IMG/VR virus record: IMGVR_UViG_3300039109_000093
Coordinates: 1-55,310 of that record
Reading direction: 5' to 3' (one strand)
From: a virus
Taxonomy: Duplodnaviria > Caudoviricetes
DNA length: 55,310 nucleotides
The stretch's first letter is position 1. Every line of letters begins with the position of its first letter. This document shows, piece after piece, positions 8,690-19,400 of this stretch. A program made the translations under genes and the position numbers. The notes below the pieces were generated by a model. The model worked only from the letters and a program-made list of their open reading frames with translations. It was not told the DNA's origin and searched no databases.

Positions 8690-9646
8690 CTACTTGAACC
8701 GCACCCGCACGGGGCCAGGTGTCACCGCAGGAGCCAGCGCCGTCCCCGTCACCATGAGGTCGCCCGCGCACCAGGTCTGACCGTTGCCTGCGGTGACGTG
8801 CATGATCAAGACCCACGGCGCGAGCTGGTCGGGGATGCCTCCGTGGTTGACGCCACGGTTGCCGGTGGACCGCACGCCCAGATTCACCCCAGCGGCATAG
8901 AGGTCGAACATGTAGTTGTTCTCGTCGTAGGTCACCACGATCCCGGTTCCCGGACCGACGAGTCGTCGCATCGTGAACTCGGTCGCCGTCCCGGTGATGG
9001 TGTCCACCGGAGCAGACGTGCCAGCAACGCTCGACGCGCCATCGGTGAACGGGACGCCATAGCCAGTCACCCCAGGCGTGGCGATCACCGCCTTCCCTGT
9101 CAGCCATGCAGAGTCGTCAAAGGTGGGGCTGATCCACGCCGGGTCCCACGCACCCACGTGGTACTTCCAGCCGTCCGACCCGAAGGGGATGTTGATCGGC
9201 AGGAACCGCGACGGCAGGGACGGCCGCACTGGTACTGGAGGAGCCACGGCCACCGCCGCGCCAGCGGGCGCTGTCGTCGTGGTGTGAGCTGCCGGGCCGA
9301 ACAGGATGCCGTCCGAGATGATCGACCCGGGCAGCGCTGTCGGCGTGATGGTGGACGCCGGACCGAGGACGTTGTTGGCGACCCCAGCAGTCCCCACGGG
9401 TGCCGTGACGGTGATGGTGGCCAGAACACCGGGCACCGTGACCGTGACACTGCCAGGAGGTGCCGTGATGGTGATCGCACCAGTGGGGCCAACGATGGTG
9501 TCGACACCGGTGGGCGTCCCCAACGGTGCAGCCAGTGTGATGCTGGCGAGAACGCCCGCTACCGTCGCGTCAGTACCCCCAGCCGACGGCGGCGACCCGC
9601 CGACCAGATCGCCGCCGACGAACTCACCGCCGACCAGGTCAACCAT
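8690..9646 (-). CDS. minor tail/fibre protein with a carbohydrate-binding-like domain
   Basis: Thr/Ala/Val/Gly repeats, then GWKY...WISPTFDDSAW jelly-roll-like motif. Confidence 0.7.
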   Translation of the reverse strand: MVDLVGGEFVGGDLVGGSPPSAGGTDATVAGVLASITLAAPLGTPTGVDTIVGPTGAITITAPPGSVTVTVPGVLATITVTAPVGTAGVANNVLGPASTITPTALPGSIISDGILFGPAAHTTTTAPAGAAVAVAPPVPVRPSLPSRFLPINIPFGSDGWKYHVGAWDPAWISPTFDDSAWLTGKAVIATPGVTGYGVPFTDGASSVAGTSAPVDTITGTATEFTMRRLVGPGTGIVVTYDENNYMFDLYAAGVNLGVRSTGNRGVNHGGIPDQLAPWVLIMHVTAGNGQTWCAGDLMVTGTALAPAVTPGPVRVRFK

Positions 9647-10581
9647 TAGGTCACCCGGAACCAGTCGAAGTACGACTCCTGTCCGCCACCGGAGTTCTCC
9701 TCGTTACACGCCAGACCCATCACGCCCGGCGTGAAGCCAGGGTTGAACGCAGTCTCGATGGGCAGCCAGGCCCATCCATCGACACTGGCGAAGGTGTCCA
9801 CCGACGTTGACGAGTTCACGACGACCTTCAGGTAAGTCGGCCCCCAGTGGTTCGGAAGAAGCGCCGAGGTCTGCGATCCGAACGTGCCGCCAAACTGCGC
9901 AACGATCCGCTGAACGCCGATGCTTGCATTGAAGGCCGCTCCGCAGTAGAGCAGGTTGGATGACCCCGTCGGGCTGGCCGGACCAAGGATGATCCCGCCG
10001 CCTCGGTGGTAGTTCGCTCTTGCGGTGAAGCCCTTGAGGACAGCGGTGATGGTGAATGGAGTGCTACCGGGGACAGCCTGCACCTTGCCCACGTATGCAG
10101 CACCAGACCCAGACGCCTTCAGGTACAAGTGCCCGGGGCGCGTCGTGTTGATGTTCGAGGCATTGGCTGCCGTCGGCGTAGCCGACCACGTCACCGTCGA
10201 GGAACCGTCGAACTCGTCGTCATGACTGTTGGCCGTGACGGGGTGTGCGTCGGCGTTGCCGTTCAGAAACGGGATGGCCGCGATGGACCCCGACGCAAGA
10301 CTGTGCTTGACGATGTCGCCGCTGCTGTGACTCGCCGCAGTCGACCCATCTGCCGCCCGCACCACCGTGAGGTTGCCCGCTCCAGACGTAGCGGACTTCG
10401 CCGTCACCTGGACGATCTCGAATCCACCCACCGCGTAGCTGGACTCCACCGTCATGTAGAAGGTGTCTGCGCCGAGCTGCGTGTTGCTCGGCAGCCGTCC
10501 GCACTCGTCCACCGGGAAGGTGGTGACCGAGGTGTTGACCGACGAGGTCAGGGCGCAGTAGGCGAAGTTCTTGAACAGCAT
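9646..10581 (-). CDS. minor tail / receptor-binding protein
   Basis: N-terminal FKNFA...EIVQVTA...LTVVRAADGS virion-attachment motif; C-terminal ConA-like DDEF...FDWFRV. Confidence 0.72.
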   Translation of the reverse strand: MLFKNFAYCALTSSVNTSVTTFPVDECGRLPSNTQLGADTFYMTVESSYAVGGFEIVQVTAKSATSGAGNLTVVRAADGSTAASHSSGDIVKHSLASGSIAAIPFLNGNADAHPVTANSHDDEFDGSSTVTWSATPTAANASNINTTRPGHLYLKASGSGAAYVGKVQAVPGSTPFTITAVLKGFTARANYHRGGGIILGPASPTGSSNLLYCGAAFNASIGVQRIVAQFGGTFGSQTSALLPNHWGPTYLKVVVNSSTSVDTFASVDGWAWLPIETAFNPGFTPGVMGLACNEENSGGGQESYFDWFRVT

Positions 10582-10592
10582 GTCATCACCCG

Positions 10593-10721
10593 TCAGGTGC
10601 CATTGAGGACGGCGACGACCGTGCCGACGTAGTTGGTCGGGGACGCCGTGCCTGCTGGAAGGGTGAGCGTCCGGGCGTTCGACGTGAAAGCACCGGCCGT
10701 CGATCCTCGTAGCGTCGTCAT
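10593..10721 (-). pseudogene. truncated tail-protein stub
   Basis: MTTLRGSTAG...TLTLPAGT resembles the start of a virion protein but stops after 42 aa. Confidence 0.4.
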
Positions 10722-10734
10722 TTGATCACCGCAA

Positions 10735-11604
10735 TCATGGCAACACGACCGATCCGACGGTCTTGGCGCGCCAGTGGTCGCTGAAGCGCACCCGACCGGG
10801 ACCGGGCGTGACCACCGGGGCCGGGTCACCAGCCCAGTGCACCGCCACCCGCTCAGGACTCAGGGCGTAGTTGTAGAAGGACAGCTCGTCCACCTTGCCC
10901 ATGATGTCGTTGCCGTCGTTGTTACCGAAGAAGGGGTTGTTGCCACTCCCACTGAGCAGCGGCTGCGACGAGGGGAAGGGCTCGGGAGCTCCACCGATCG
11001 AGCCGTTCGAGAACAAGAAGTACCCGTAGTCCAGGCCGCAGTTGTAGTAGCGGTAGGTCGAGCCGTCGAAGGTGACCGTGAGCATCGACGGATACCCGTG
11101 CTCGTCGGGGAAGTCATCCCCAGTGAAGGGCGTGGTCTTGATCCAGCTCGAGGTGGCATGGCTCCAGTGGTAGATCCGAAGCTGCCCACCAGCGATGATG
11201 ACCCGAATCCGACCAGCGTGCTGGAAGAAGCACCGCGTGCCTGAGCCGCGAACATCTCCCATCCACCACTCCATGCTCCACTTCGGAGAGCCGAAGGCAC
11301 CGTCGGAGTTGTTGAGGTAGTAGCCCTGCGGGTTGGACCCGGATACCCCGAAGTAGGTACTCGGGTCGTTGGCGCTCAGGACATCGACGGGCGGGTTCAC
11401 CGTGCCGAAGGAGCGGTGCGCTGTCCGCAGCACCGATGGCTGGAGACGCACAGGCGAGCCGACGTGCGACACCGCGTCGTGGCCTCGCCCGGTGGCGTCG
11501 AGCAGCGTTCCCACCGCGCTGTCGTTCATCTTGTAGTAGGCGAACGGGTTGTCCTCACGGACGACCCGCTCGTACCGACTCATGGTGACAGTGGGCGTTG
11601 TCAC
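10735..11604 (-). CDS. LamG/concanavalin-A-like tail protein
   Basis: DNPFAYYKMND, WSMEWW, TFDG, GKVDELSFYNYALSPERVAVHW; GTG start overlaps the upstream stop. Confidence 0.85.
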   Translation of the reverse strand: MTTPTVTMSRYERVVREDNPFAYYKMNDSAVGTLLDATGRGHDAVSHVGSPVRLQPSVLRTAHRSFGTVNPPVDVLSANDPSTYFGVSGSNPQGYYLNNSDGAFGSPKWSMEWWMGDVRGSGTRCFFQHAGRIRVIIAGGQLRIYHWSHATSSWIKTTPFTGDDFPDEHGYPSMLTVTFDGSTYRYYNCGLDYGYFLFSNGSIGGAPEPFPSSQPLLSGSGNNPFFGNNDGNDIMGKVDELSFYNYALSPERVAVHWAGDPAPVVTPGPGRVRFSDHWRAKTVGSVVLP

Positions 11605-12011
11605 GTCGTCTCCATGAGGTACTCGGGCAGGTCCTTGATGGCGATCCCCGCGAAGGTGAAGTAGTGCTCGAGGTCGTAGCTCGGGTCGCCGGTGATGACG
11701 AAGAAGACGTACGCCCCCACGTAGAAGCCCCGACTGTCGATCTGCCACTTCCACACCGCACCACTGGAGGTCGGGAAGTAGCCGTCGATCAGCGTGTCCC
11801 CGTCCAGGCTGAAGCAGTAGGCCACGGAGGGCTTCTCCACGAAGGTGCAGTCGAAGGTCACCACCGTGGTGTGCTGGACCTCCCCGACGCCATGCGAGGT
11901 GATGGTGGCGAACGACTCGGCCTGCCGGGCGGTGTTCTCCCGGGTCTGCTCCAGCCGACCACGGTGCGCCTCAGCAGCCTGCACCAGCGGGTTCACGGAG
12001 AAGGTGCTCAT
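11601..12011 (-). CDS. minor tail protein
   Basis: 136-aa ORF in the tail-tip cluster. Confidence 0.6.
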   Translation of the reverse strand: MSTFSVNPLVQAAEAHRGRLEQTRENTARQAESFATITSHGVGEVQHTTVVTFDCTFVEKPSVAYCFSLDGDTLIDGYFPTSSGAVWKWQIDSRGFYVGAYVFFVITGDPSYDLEHYFTFAGIAIKDLPEYLMETT

Positions 12012-12012
12012 G

Positions 12013-14106
12013 TCAATGTCCCAACGCTGCGAGGTACGCCTGCGTCTCGGACGCCAGCCCGCTGGTGGCGAAGGCCCACTCGCCGTTGGGGTCGGTGCCC
12101 AGCCAGGAGGTGGTCACGTCGTAGGTCCACACCCCGGTCGCCGCCTCCCAGTTGGAGGAGATGGCGCTGACGTAGTGGAAGTAGTTCTCCCCGGTGACCC
12201 GCTCCAGCAGCTTCACCTGGTCGTCGCACTGGATCGACGGGTCAGCCGGGATGCGGAAGCTGTCCTGGCGGTAGGTGAACAACTGCCGCAGCGTGATGAG
12301 GTCAGCCATCACCTGCGCCTCAGCAGCCGAGGCGAAGTTCTGGTCGGTCCAGCCGCCGACCCTGCGGAAGTTCACCGGGATCGGGAACCTGCCGTTGGAC
12401 ACCGCGCCGATCTTGCCGGGCACGTTGCCGACGAAGACCTTCTCCCGCAGGTTGCGCGAGCTCAGCTTGGACTTCAGGTCCAGGATCACCTGGTCGTCGC
12501 GGATCGTCCGGTAGGTGCTCACCCGGGCCTTGCCCAGGCCGTTCACATCGGTCTGCCAGTTGCCCAGCGTGTAGAGGTTGGGGCTGCGGACCTGCGCCGA
12601 GCCCTGCTCATCGATGTAGATGATGTAGCCCAGGATGTTGGTGACGTACTGGATGCAGTCCAGCAGCGACTTCTTGTCCCAGATGTCCACGGTGAGGTCG
12701 GCAACCCCTGCGGTGCCGGAACTCTGCACGTCTCCCCAGATCCGGCCCTGCTTGAGGTACGTGTCGTCCGAGGTGAAGGTGTAGCTGACAACGTCCGTTG
12801 TCGTGCCGTCCCCGGTCAGCGTCTGCTGAGCACTCCGTGGCCAGTAGAACCCGCCGTAGGCCAGGAACAGCTTGATGAGGTCGGCGTAGTCCCCGTAGTT
12901 GCCGGTCACGTAGGAGGGCGCGGTGGTCGTCGTGGTCGCGTTGGTGGCGTACTCCATCCGGCGCACCCCGGCCCGGTAGGGGTAGACCCCCAGACCGCTG
13001 TTGTAGAGGTCGGTGAAGGTGAACCGGATCGCCGTCACCCCGGCGATGGCGGTGAACTTGAACTCCACCAGCCCTTCACTGCTGACGTTCCCAGTGGCGA
13101 TGTAGGGGATGTTGGCCCCGTTGGGTGCGCTAACCGGGTTGTTGGGGTCGTACGGCACGATGGCCCGGCCCTGCCACACACTTCCCACCTTGACCGACAG
13201 GTAGACCCGGTACGGCCCACCCCACACCTTGCAGCGCGCCGCGTTGATGGTGGTCGGATTCATCTTGCCCTGGACGTACTCGAACGAGTAGGTGTGGTTG
13301 GGCTGGGCGTTGCCGATGGACATCCAGAACGTCGAGTCGCTGGCGTCGAAGGCGTCGGTCCCGTGGTGGCCGTAGACCGCGCCGTTCACCCCGACGTAGG
13401 GCACGTTGGAGTCCGTCTCGTAGGTGGGTCGCCGCCACGTCGCGGTGAGCGCCGTCGTGGTGGAGCCCGCGTGCGTGACGTACTTGCTGAACTTCAGCGG
13501 GTACTGGGAGAAGGGCACCACGGGCGGGAAGGCGATCTCGTCGGTGAGCATCGCGCCGAGGTCGCGGGTCGTCACCGCGATGGTCCCAGCGGCGGTGTAC
13601 TCCACCTCGTCGATGAGGTAGCACCCCATCAGCAGCATGTGCGGGTCGTTCTCGGGGAAGACCGTGTAGTCCGCGCCGTAGCCCTGGTAGACCCGCACCA
13701 TCCGGTCGGGCACCACGTAGTTGCGCCACTTGCCCGGCACGTGCTGCCACACGTCCCGGGAGTACGCCGTCTCGCCCCGGTTGTAGGTCAGGAAGCCGAG
13801 CACGTCGAACGAGCCGTCCTGGGCCGGGAGCGACCCTGGTGCGAGCGGCTCCGCGTTCCACAGGTCGAAGGTGCAGGCGCCCACCGCGTTGTCGGTGCTG
13901 CGGTCCCACTTGAGGCTCTTGAGGTTGGGGAGCTCGAAGGCTGCCGACACCGACGGCGTGAACAGCATCGAGGCGTAGACCTGGTTGGAATACGGGAACA
14001 GCCCGAGCTGGAAGGGCTGGATCGTGACCCGGGTGACCGCTCGCTGGTCGCCCTGGAAGTCACCGGAGGCGATGATCGCCGCCATGTCTGTGGGGATGGT
14101 CCTCAT
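12013..14106 (-). CDS. baseplate hub / Tal-like tail tip protein
   Basis: About 697 aa from MRTIPTDM; follows the Dit-like genes; discoidin-like insert AFDASDSTFW; C-terminal ADPSIQCDDQV. Confidence 0.75.
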   Translation of the reverse strand: MRTIPTDMAAIIASGDFQGDQRAVTRVTIQPFQLGLFPYSNQVYASMLFTPSVSAAFELPNLKSLKWDRSTDNAVGACTFDLWNAEPLAPGSLPAQDGSFDVLGFLTYNRGETAYSRDVWQHVPGKWRNYVVPDRMVRVYQGYGADYTVFPENDPHMLLMGCYLIDEVEYTAAGTIAVTTRDLGAMLTDEIAFPPVVPFSQYPLKFSKYVTHAGSTTTALTATWRRPTYETDSNVPYVGVNGAVYGHHGTDAFDASDSTFWMSIGNAQPNHTYSFEYVQGKMNPTTINAARCKVWGGPYRVYLSVKVGSVWQGRAIVPYDPNNPVSAPNGANIPYIATGNVSSEGLVEFKFTAIAGVTAIRFTFTDLYNSGLGVYPYRAGVRRMEYATNATTTTTAPSYVTGNYGDYADLIKLFLAYGGFYWPRSAQQTLTGDGTTTDVVSYTFTSDDTYLKQGRIWGDVQSSGTAGVADLTVDIWDKKSLLDCIQYVTNILGYIIYIDEQGSAQVRSPNLYTLGNWQTDVNGLGKARVSTYRTIRDDQVILDLKSKLSSRNLREKVFVGNVPGKIGAVSNGRFPIPVNFRRVGGWTDQNFASAAEAQVMADLITLRQLFTYRQDSFRIPADPSIQCDDQVKLLERVTGENYFHYVSAISSNWEAATGVWTYDVTTSWLGTDPNGEWAFATSGLASETQAYLAALGH

Positions 14107-14630
14107 GGCGTGCTCACGTTCCCGTTGAGGGCGCTGACGGTAACGAGCGTTGTCGGCCCGGCGACCGTGGCCGCTCCGGTTGACCCCGCGAACGCCCTCA
14201 ATGTGGTGCTGCCCAGCGGACCGGACACCGTGCGGGACACTCCTGGCTCGTAGGAGAACACCAGCGCCTTCATCGTGTAGGTGTGCCGCCACGGCACGTT
14301 GGTCCGCTGCGGTCCGGTGCGGTCAGGGGAGAAGCCGTTGAGCCGGACGATCAGCGTCTCGGGCAGGTCGGTGATCAGCCGGACCCTGGTGCGGTGCGCC
14401 GTCACCCAGTCCACCAGCTCGTTGTACTGGATCTGGTCACGCAGCACACCCGAGAAGCTCCAGTCCACCGGCTTGGCCAGCGTGCGCAGCCCCACGAAGG
14501 TCCCATCCGTCTGACAGAACCACTCCAGCGAGTCCTTGGCGTGCGGCGACGTGGCGGCGTTGGGGTTGAAGGAGAACGTGTACGTGGACACACCGTCCAA
14601 CGTCTCGAAGGTCCAGCGGCGCAGGGTCAT
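14103..14630 (-). CDS. distal-tail (Dit)-like protein, copy 2
   Basis: From MTLRRWTF; RWTF...YxFxxNP...WSFSG...W.H.YTM.A.V pattern shared with 14630..15547. Confidence 0.65.
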   Translation of the reverse strand: MTLRRWTFETLDGVSTYTFSFNPNAATSPHAKDSLEWFCQTDGTFVGLRTLAKPVDWSFSGVLRDQIQYNELVDWVTAHRTRVRLITDLPETLIVRLNGFSPDRTGPQRTNVPWRHTYTMKALVFSYEPGVSRTVSGPLGSTTLRAFAGSTGAATVAGPTTLVTVSALNGNVSTP

Positions 14631-15547
14631 CAGTACCCACTCCCGTACGACGACTCGTAGCCGCTGACGTACGAGGCCAGCACCGAAGCCACCATCGTGT
14701 ACTCGTGGTCCCATGCCTGGTCGATGTTGCGCTTGCGCTTCATGTCCAGCGACTCGATCTTGATGAGGAAGGACCGCCCATACTCGTCGGTCAGCCACAC
14801 CCGCCCGTTGTAGGCGTTCCACCAGACCAGCGCGTCGTGGTCGTACTTGGTGAACACCCGCCCGCTCCAGCTCCACTGGGAGGGACGGACGACGCCCTCC
14901 CAGAGCACCGTGATCCCGTTGGCTGCCGTGGTGCGCTCGCTGGTCAGCGACACGTCCCCGTAGCTCTCGGTGATCTTGCTCGGGTTCATGGCGAACTGGT
15001 AGGTCGGGATGGCCAGCGGGTCCACCCAGTTGTACGCCTGGAAGGTCCACCGGCCCGTGGTGACGGCAGGCGGGTAGGCCGGGGTCGGCGTGCTGTCGGT
15101 GGCCGGTGCCTCGAGCACGGCGAAGTTCTGCGCACTGGTCGACTCCGGGCTCGAGCTCCCCGACCCCACCCTGACAACGTGCGCTGCCATCGTCAGCCCG
15201 TTGATCGGCAGCCCGACCCCCACTGCCGAGCCGGTGCCGTCCAGGCCCACCGAGTAGAACGACGACGTGGACCCGTCGAGGAAGAAGTACGCCGTCCCTC
15301 CAGCGGGGCCGTTGCCCACCGTGACCCGCAGCGTGCCGGGCTGGTTCGGCACGCTGGTGTCCAGCAGGGTCAGGCCGATCACGTTGCCGCTGCGGTCGAC
15401 CGAGTAAGCGTCGACCCCGCCCGCGAAGCAGGCCACACCGATGCTGGACAGCACGCCGTGCAGGTACACGGTCTGCCCAGCATCGACAGGCGCTGGTGCC
15501 GCCACGGTGACGGCACCGAGCGCCCCAGCAACGGTGGCGTCGGTCAT
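14630..15547 (-). CDS. distal-tail (Dit)-like protein with N-terminal Ig-like region, copy 1
   Basis: Downstream of tape measure; C-terminal half paralogous to 14103..14630. Confidence 0.65.
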   Translation of the reverse strand: MTDATVAGALGAVTVAAPAPVDAGQTVYLHGVLSSIGVACFAGGVDAYSVDRSGNVIGLTLLDTSVPNQPGTLRVTVGNGPAGGTAYFFLDGSTSSFYSVGLDGTGSAVGVGLPINGLTMAAHVVRVGSGSSSPESTSAQNFAVLEAPATDSTPTPAYPPAVTTGRWTFQAYNWVDPLAIPTYQFAMNPSKITESYGDVSLTSERTTAANGITVLWEGVVRPSQWSWSGRVFTKYDHDALVWWNAYNGRVWLTDEYGRSFLIKIESLDMKRKRNIDQAWDHEYTMVASVLASYVSGYESSYGSGY

Positions 15548-15555
15548 GGCTCAGG

Positions 15556-15993
15556 TCACGCAGTGGCGAGGGTCAGCAGGCCCGAGGCGTTGATGGTCAG
15601 CGTGAAGGTGCCCGAGCTGCTGGACACGTCGGCACCGAAGTCCCAGTAGAGGATCAGCGGGCGGGTCGCGTCGGTCGCCGGGGAGGCGTCGTAGAACACC
15701 GCGTACCGCGCCGTGATGGTGGACGCCGCCCAGGACGGGTTGGCCGTGCTCAGCGTGAGGGTGTTCGACGGTGCGTCGTAGGTGACCGTCTTACTGGTCA
15801 GAGCCTGACCCGTGGCGGTGTACCCGGTGCCGGTCACCTCGTTGGTGATGTCGCTCTTGTAGCGGTGGGTGTCCTGGTTCGGGGTGTAGGTGCTGGTGCA
15901 CAGCATCACCATGATGGTGTCGGTGTCGAAGTCGATCTCCTTGTTGGCCAGCGACTGCTGAGCCAGCCCGTACACCTTGGCGGTAATACTCAT
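15556..15993 (-). CDS. conserved virion/tail protein
   Basis: IDFDTDTI...EVTGTGYT...ITARYAVFY...DFGAD, typical of phage structural genes. Confidence 0.75.
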   Translation of the reverse strand: MSITAKVYGLAQQSLANKEIDFDTDTIMVMLCTSTYTPNQDTHRYKSDITNEVTGTGYTATGQALTSKTVTYDAPSNTLTLSTANPSWAASTITARYAVFYDASPATDATRPLILYWDFGADVSSSSGTFTLTINASGLLTLATA

Positions 15994-16469
15994 GACAGGA
16001 CCTCCTGAAGAACGGTGCGGTAAGAGAGCAGGTACGCAGCCGCAGCCATGAGCCGCTCTACGTCATCTTCGGCGTAGCCAAGAAGGCAGTTGCATCGCGT
16101 ACAGAGAAGGGCGCGCACCTCTCCGGTCGCATGATCGTGGTCCAAGCAGAAGCGAGCGATCTCTCGCTCTCCTCCGCTGTGCGAGGTTGTGTGCTGCTGA
16201 TCGCCACGGCAGATCGCACATACGCCGTCTTGGGCTCGAAGCATCTCCTCGTACTGCTCCCGCGTGACGCCGTACTTGTGCTTCATGTTCGCCCAGATCG
16301 ACCGTTCGCGGTACTGCTCAGGTGAGGCTTCGTATGCCACCTTCCGAGCGCTAGAACGACATGACCGGCACTTCGTGTGGAGCCCATCAGGTGCCGCAGC
16401 GTTGCGGTTGAAGGACTCAGGAGCTTTCACCTCCAGGCACCCGGAGCACCTCTTGGCAGTGATGGTCAT
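15990..16469 (-). CDS. Endonuclease VII-type (HNH) free-standing nuclease
   Basis: KRCSGC...CRSC; YGVT...QDGVCAIC...DHDHATGEVRALLCTRCN. Confidence 0.9.
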   Translation of the reverse strand: MTITAKRCSGCLEVKAPESFNRNAAAPDGLHTKCRSCRSSARKVAYEASPEQYRERSIWANMKHKYGVTREQYEEMLRAQDGVCAICRGDQQHTTSHSGGEREIARFCLDHDHATGEVRALLCTRCNCLLGYAEDDVERLMAAAAYLLSYRTVLQEVLS

Positions 16470-16481
16470 GTTCGGTTCTCC

Positions 16482-19400
16482 TTAGACCTTCGCGGTAGTG
16501 GTTGTGGCACGAGCGAAGGCACCCGGGCCGAGGTAGGTGGCCATGATGGCAGTCACCTTGGCGGTGTCCGCGCCATTGACGCTGATGGACACGTACTGCA
16601 CGTTGCCGTTGGCCGCACTCGCACCTCCGGCGATCGACCGACGCACCTCGAACGGCGTCGGCAGCTTGATGCTCCCCAGGTTGAACTGGCCCTGGAGTTG
16701 CTTGGCAGCCTCCTGGAGAAGCTTGTCGATCTGGTTGAGCTCGTCCTGCTGCTGCTGGGTCCGGTTGTGGATGGCAAACAGGTGGGCGTGCTGGGCGTCC
16801 AGGTACTTCAAGTACTGGGCCTGGGTGATCCGCTCCAGGTCGTAGTTCGTCTGGACCTGCGACAGGTTCTGCTGGAACTTGGTGTTGGCGGCGGCGTTGG
16901 CAGCCTGCTGCACTGCCAGCCGGTCGACGTTGAGCACGTCACCGGGAGCACCGTTCGCCCGGTCGGAGTTCAGCTTGGCCTGCGCCGTGCGGAGCGCCTC
17001 GTTCGCCACCGCCAGCGGGTTGGTGAGGTCGATGACCAGCTCGCCGCTGACGTGGTGAGCGGCCAGCACCGCGTCCCGGTAGGTCTGCATCCCTTGGTGC
17101 AGGCTGGCCAGCGCGTTGTAGTACGCGACCGTGCCTGGCGTCTGCTTAGCCAGGTCGGCCTGCAACCGCTGGATCTCGGCGGCATCCCGCTCGATGGAGG
17201 CGCCGGGGTAGATGCTCGCCAACCGGGCCGCTGCCGCGATCTGCGCAGCGGTGTCACCAGACTTTGCTGACGCAGTGCCCTGAGCCTTGAGCAGGTCAAT
17301 GCCCGCGACCGCAGAGGGATCGTTGACCAGGTGCAGGTTGGGAGCGGCTACTGACGCCTTGATATTGGCAGCGTCGGCCTGGGCACCAGCCAGCTTGAGG
17401 ACGGAGTGGCTCAGCTTCAGCTCAGCCTCGACGCTGTTCGGACCCGTGTCGGACAGTGCGGCACTAGCCGCGTCCACATTGGCCTGCGCCCTGGCGAGGA
17501 TCATTTTCGCCTCGGCCTGAGCAGCATTGAAGGCGTCGGTGGCGATCTTCAGGTTCCTGGCGTTCTGGAGCATCGCGGCGGACAGCAGGATCTGGCCGTT
17601 GGCCAGGTTGGTAATGGACGTTGGCAGCAGGGACGGGTCGATCCCCTCAGCAGCCCTCAGCAACGTCACCGTCTGGGCGTCGATCTGGCTCTTCAGGTTC
17701 TGGTTGCTGCCCGCCTCCGTCTTGGCGATGTTCGCCAGTTCCAGGATCCGCTTCTGGAAGGCGTCGTAGGCGTCCTTCCCGGCGACCAGGATCTTCTGCT
17801 TGAGGTCTGCCGGGATGGCCGCACCCATGTCCTTGTAGGACGCCCTGGCAGCTTCGAGCTGAGTGGCCACGTCCTGCTGGATCTTCAGGAGCTCACCGGT
17901 GTCGGCACCACGCGCATTGGCGTCAGTGAGCTTCCCCTGCTGGGCCTTGAGGATCTGGGCCACAGCCTCGTCCAGGATGCTGGTGTCCTGCGACTTACCA
18001 ACAGTGCCCGGCTGGGTGGCCAGCTTGGTGAGCGCCGCCAGGTACTTGTCCCGAGCCTCCTTCAACTGCCCGGACGACAGGCCGAAGTAGTTCTCGGCCT
18101 GGGTGGCATAGAGATCCGCGATCTTCCCCAGATCAGCGGAGTCCAACACCGCGTTCTTGGTGTCCTTGCCCTGGCTTTGCAGGTAACTCTCGATCTTGGT
18201 CTGGAGGTCCTGCTTCTGCGCAGAACCCAGGTCGATGGGCGTGATGTCCGGAGCCCCGGTGAAGGTGCCGATCCCGCCCAGCCTGTCCCCGAAGCTCGCC
18301 TTGACACCGCCAGGCAGGATGGTCGTCGCCTGGGTGGCGAAACCCGCGCCCCCTTCAGCACCCGTCGTGAGGCCACCGACGTTGACCTGGGCGACCTTGG
18401 CCTGGTTGCCCAGCTCATGGATGGACCTCGACAGGTAGTCCACGATCTGTGCCGAGGTGTGACCCGACGCCGTCAGCTCCTGGACCTTGGCATCGAGCTG
18501 TTGCACCGACTGCGGACCCGCGTTGCCGGTCGCGCTCATGGCCGCCAGGGCAGCAGCCTGGCTGGAAAGGAAGGTGCTCAGCTCCTTGAGTGAGCTGGCC
18601 TGGTCCGCTCCGGCCCCACCGTTGAGGAAGTCGCTGATACTTCCCAGGAAGCCCGAGCTCTCGGAGTGCAGCTTGGCCGCCTGACCAGCCGCCGTGTTCG
18701 CCGCTGTCTGGATCGTGTCAGCGGTAGGGGTTCGCGTGATGGTGTCGCTGATCTGATTCATCACGTCGTTGACCTTGCCCAGATCTTGGGCCAGGTTGCT
18801 CGCCTTGTTCGCCACGATGACTGCCGTCAACGCCCCCAGGGCGATAGCAGCAGGAGCCGCCACCGCCCCGAGGGTCATGATCGACGCCTGGAGGGCACCG
18901 GCCTCGGTCGCCCCCGTTACGGCACCCACGGCAGCGCCACCCACCCCACGGGCGGCACCAAAGATGCCGAGGCCAGCCGCTGCTCCGCCGCCGCCCGCGA
19001 TCTGGGCCGAACGGAGGGTGGCTGCCGCCTCCCCCTCCACCGCCACCGCAGCACCAGCGCCGATCCCCGGGATTCTGCTCAGCATCGCCCCGACGCTGGC
19101 TGCCTCCAGTAGCTTGATGGCCCCGGCCATCTCCAGCAACGCGAAGCTGATGTTGCGGATCGGCGCCGGGATGGAGCCGAAGACCTTGACCGCCTCGTCC
19201 AGTGCCCGCAGCAGCGGGATGAGCGCCTCCAGGACGATGCCGAAGCCCGCCCCGATACCCGACTGGCCCAGGTCGACCAGCAGCTCCTTGGAGATGCCCC
19301 CGAGCTGGCGCAGGATGCCTGCCAGGGTGTCCTGGCGCTTGGCGTACTGGTCGGCTGCCGCTCCGGCATTGCTCAGCGAGAAGGCGTTGGCCTCCGCGAA

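Noticed and set aside
8690-11604. Diversity-generating retroelement acting on receptor-binding genes
   Set aside because: No reverse transcriptase and no template/variable repeat pair differing at adenines
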